Under the pieces are notes generated by a model that ran no database searches, had not been told where the DNA came from, and saw only the letters and a program-made list of their open reading frames with translations. A program made the position numbers and the translations under genes. Shown in pieces: positions 57,916 through 64,000 of a stretch of DNA of 64,000 bases. The DNA comes from Daphnia carinata (lineage: Eukaryota): assembly GCF_022539665.2 (NCBI RefSeq), contig NC_081333.1, forward strand, positions 2,790,001 to 2,854,000, read 5' to 3'. Position 1 is the first letter of the stretch. Each line of letters begins with the position of its first letter.

Positions 57916-60409
57916 TGTGGTTGTTTGTGTCGTTGATAATCGATGTATCGTTTCGTTTAGTTCAAAAAGAATTAGACGTGCCCAGATGGGACGCCCTGCA
58001 CGCCGCCCTCACACGAAATACACTTGACTTTACGACTTTTTCGATTCTATTTTTCTTCCTGTCCGGTTAGTGCCAAATTGTGCCATCATCTCCACAGTAA
58101 CTTGGTGCAGTCATGGTCTTATTTTGACATTTTCCTTTCGAATAAATGAAAAAACTTCCCACAGAGATAATTCTTCTTGAAAACACACACACAAACAAAA
58201 AAAAAAAAAACACCACACCAATCCGCTGGGTTGAGGAATTTCAATGCATTCTGCTTTAGAGCCTTTGGGCCTGCTTTGCTTCGACCCCTTCCATCAACAG
58301 CAGCTCATTAGGAATTCGACGCGGCGTTGCCGTAGTCTTTCAAATTGACCCGAACAACATTCTATTCCGACTCTTCTCGTAATTCGCCGGAGGAAATCAA
58401 CAGAAAATTCAAATCCCAACGTTAAAAAAAAAAAGAAAAGAAAAAGAACAACAATAAACCAGTTGTTTGAATTTTTAAATGTTGAATTGCTAATGAAACA
58501 ACCCTGATTCTTAATTTGGAGGGAGGAGAAGGTAAGGCGAGGAGATGATTGGGTAACAGTTTTTTTTACTTTTAGTTTTGGAAATCTCTGTCCTTTTTTC
58601 TTTTCTTTTAAAAAAATGATGGTGAGTCAATTGGCCTTTCGTGACAGCTGGGGGGTCGTCGAAGCACAGCACACATGATTCATTGCTGGGAAACGATTAA
58701 AAATAGCAACAATCGAAGCGGCGAAAACGGAAACGAATCGTGTCGACAGGTAATAAATGTGTGTGAAGAGAATAAGACAATAGTCACGCCTGATTCAGTC
58801 GTTAGAACTTCTTCCTTTTTCCAACAGAAAATGAAAGATTTCGCAGCAAAAAAAAGTTAAAAATGGAAAAATTAAACGAGCGAGACGACGAGGAAAAATA
58901 CTGCACACCGTTCAGGTGCGGCGTTCACTGCCGACTGGCTGTCCCGTTCGGGAGAAAGGAGAGCTCGGTGAAGGGAGGAACCCCCACCCAACCAAACACA
59001 CTCACGTAAACAGAGCCTAGAGAGATAAGTCTAGATGGCTCTAGGCAACCGACGAATGAAGAAGGTGCTGCACACCTTTTAACTATCGATTCACGCCGAA
59101 AAGTCCAAGTTGTGTGTTGCGTGTGGGCTCCCTTTCTACGCCATATTGCCATGGCCAGCAAATAACGGCATGTCTACCTTTGCCAGAGGTGTTGTCTGGC
59201 GGGGGTATTCGAGAGACACTTTAACTTTTATTCTTCTTCTTCTCTTTTTTTACGACTGAACTCGATTTCACGCTGAAGAGTTACAATCTGATATCAACAG
59301 TTCTTGTTTTCCCCTTGAAAACATACTCACTTGTCGCACCAAAAAAAGATTAACAAAAACAATACAAAAATTGATATCATACGACGAAATCGTCGCATAA
59401 AATATGTATATTGAAATGGCTCTTTTCTTCTTCTTGTATGGTTGTGTAGTGTCGTGTTGCTGTTTTATCTGTGCGGGATGACATGACGAGTGTTCGTATA
59501 AAAGTTTGTGGGTGAAACATAAAAGACGTTGAACTTTTTTTTTTTCTTTTACTTTTCTGTTTTACTTTGCAAAGCATGATTGTTTTGGAGGGACTATCTT
59601 CTTTAATTTCTTTTTTATCTGCTTTTTTTTCGTTTTTTTTTTTCAAATTTTCGAGTTGAAATTTTTTAAATGAAGAAGAAAAAAAAAACAAACAACACAT
59701 TTAATAATTATATAAAAAATGGGGGTACGCACACAGACCACCAAGCTGTTTTTTTTTAAAACCTCTTTTTAAAAAGAAATGAAACCAAAAATTGGTGGAA
59801 TCATTGTGTGTCCGCGCGTTGCGATGGTGAGAAAAAAAAAAAGAAAAGAGCAAACGATGATGATGACGGTGAAAAATTAAGAGACGTATACGAAAGAAGC
59901 GGCGGGCAGGTTGTGAAAAGGTAAAAAACAGCCAAGAGTACGGTACAGAACACATAAGCAATATAGCCAGACATCGGATAGTCCAGTTACATAGAGAGAG
60001 AGAGAACAGTTTTTGTCGGCATAAAAAATAATAATGGGGAAAAAAATGGACCTATGATTAAATTTTTCTTTTTTTTCTTTCAATTTTGTTCTTCACGAAG
60101 GTGTGGTATTGTTTGGTAGGAGGGACGAGCGGGAGGATAAAGAGGCTTACTACACATTGATGTATTTACACAGGGAGGGCACACAGCTATGCCACAGCCG
60201 TAAGAAAATGGTGGAGGGTAAGGCGTTGAGCTAGAGACCCATCACCGATTTTTTTGTTTTCTTTTAAAAGGGGAGAAGAGCAAGAATGAATTCCAAACCA
60301 CACACACACACACACAAAAAAAAATGGAGGGAGTATGTGGGAGGGATAAACAAACAAATATTTTTTTAATATTTAAAGCCGACTCAGAGAGGGGAGGAAA
60401 AGAAAATCA

Positions 60410-64000
<3,591 letters not shown>

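Overview
Gene-dense eukaryotic (arthropod) DNA. The many ~60-90 nt GT-AG introns, A/T homopolymer runs and gene set suggest a Daphnia-like branchiopod crustacean (inference only). Ten protein-coding genes were identified, nine of them complete and spliced by hand: an Rdl-like GABA-gated chloride channel (-), RMI1 (-), a single-RRM lark/RBM4-like protein (+), L-asparaginase/ASPG with ankyrin repeats (+), a SOD-less vitellogenin-like protein (-), DONSON (-), a small FAM104/VCF-like protein (+), a 4x C2H2 zinc-finger protein (-), outspread/MPRIP-like (-), and a 5'-truncated Smurf HECT ligase (-). There is also a ~3 kb foldback/satellite-like repeat with palindromic ~320-bp units, and a ~7 kb gene-free interval. 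Top candidate: a possible programmed -1 ribosomal frameshift in the last exon of outspread. Two overlapping in-frame slippery heptamers (G_GGU_UUU, U_UUU_UUA) precede a GC-rich hairpin and a 209-codon -1 ORF, which would replace a 29-aa tail with a basic Ser/Pro-rich extension. Also notable: the GABA receptor carries Ser at the TM2 2' position (equivalent to the dieldrin-resistance allele), its intron 7 has a perfect RFX X-box, and the small protein has a p97-binding-like helix. All calls come from reading the sequence; no database searches were run.
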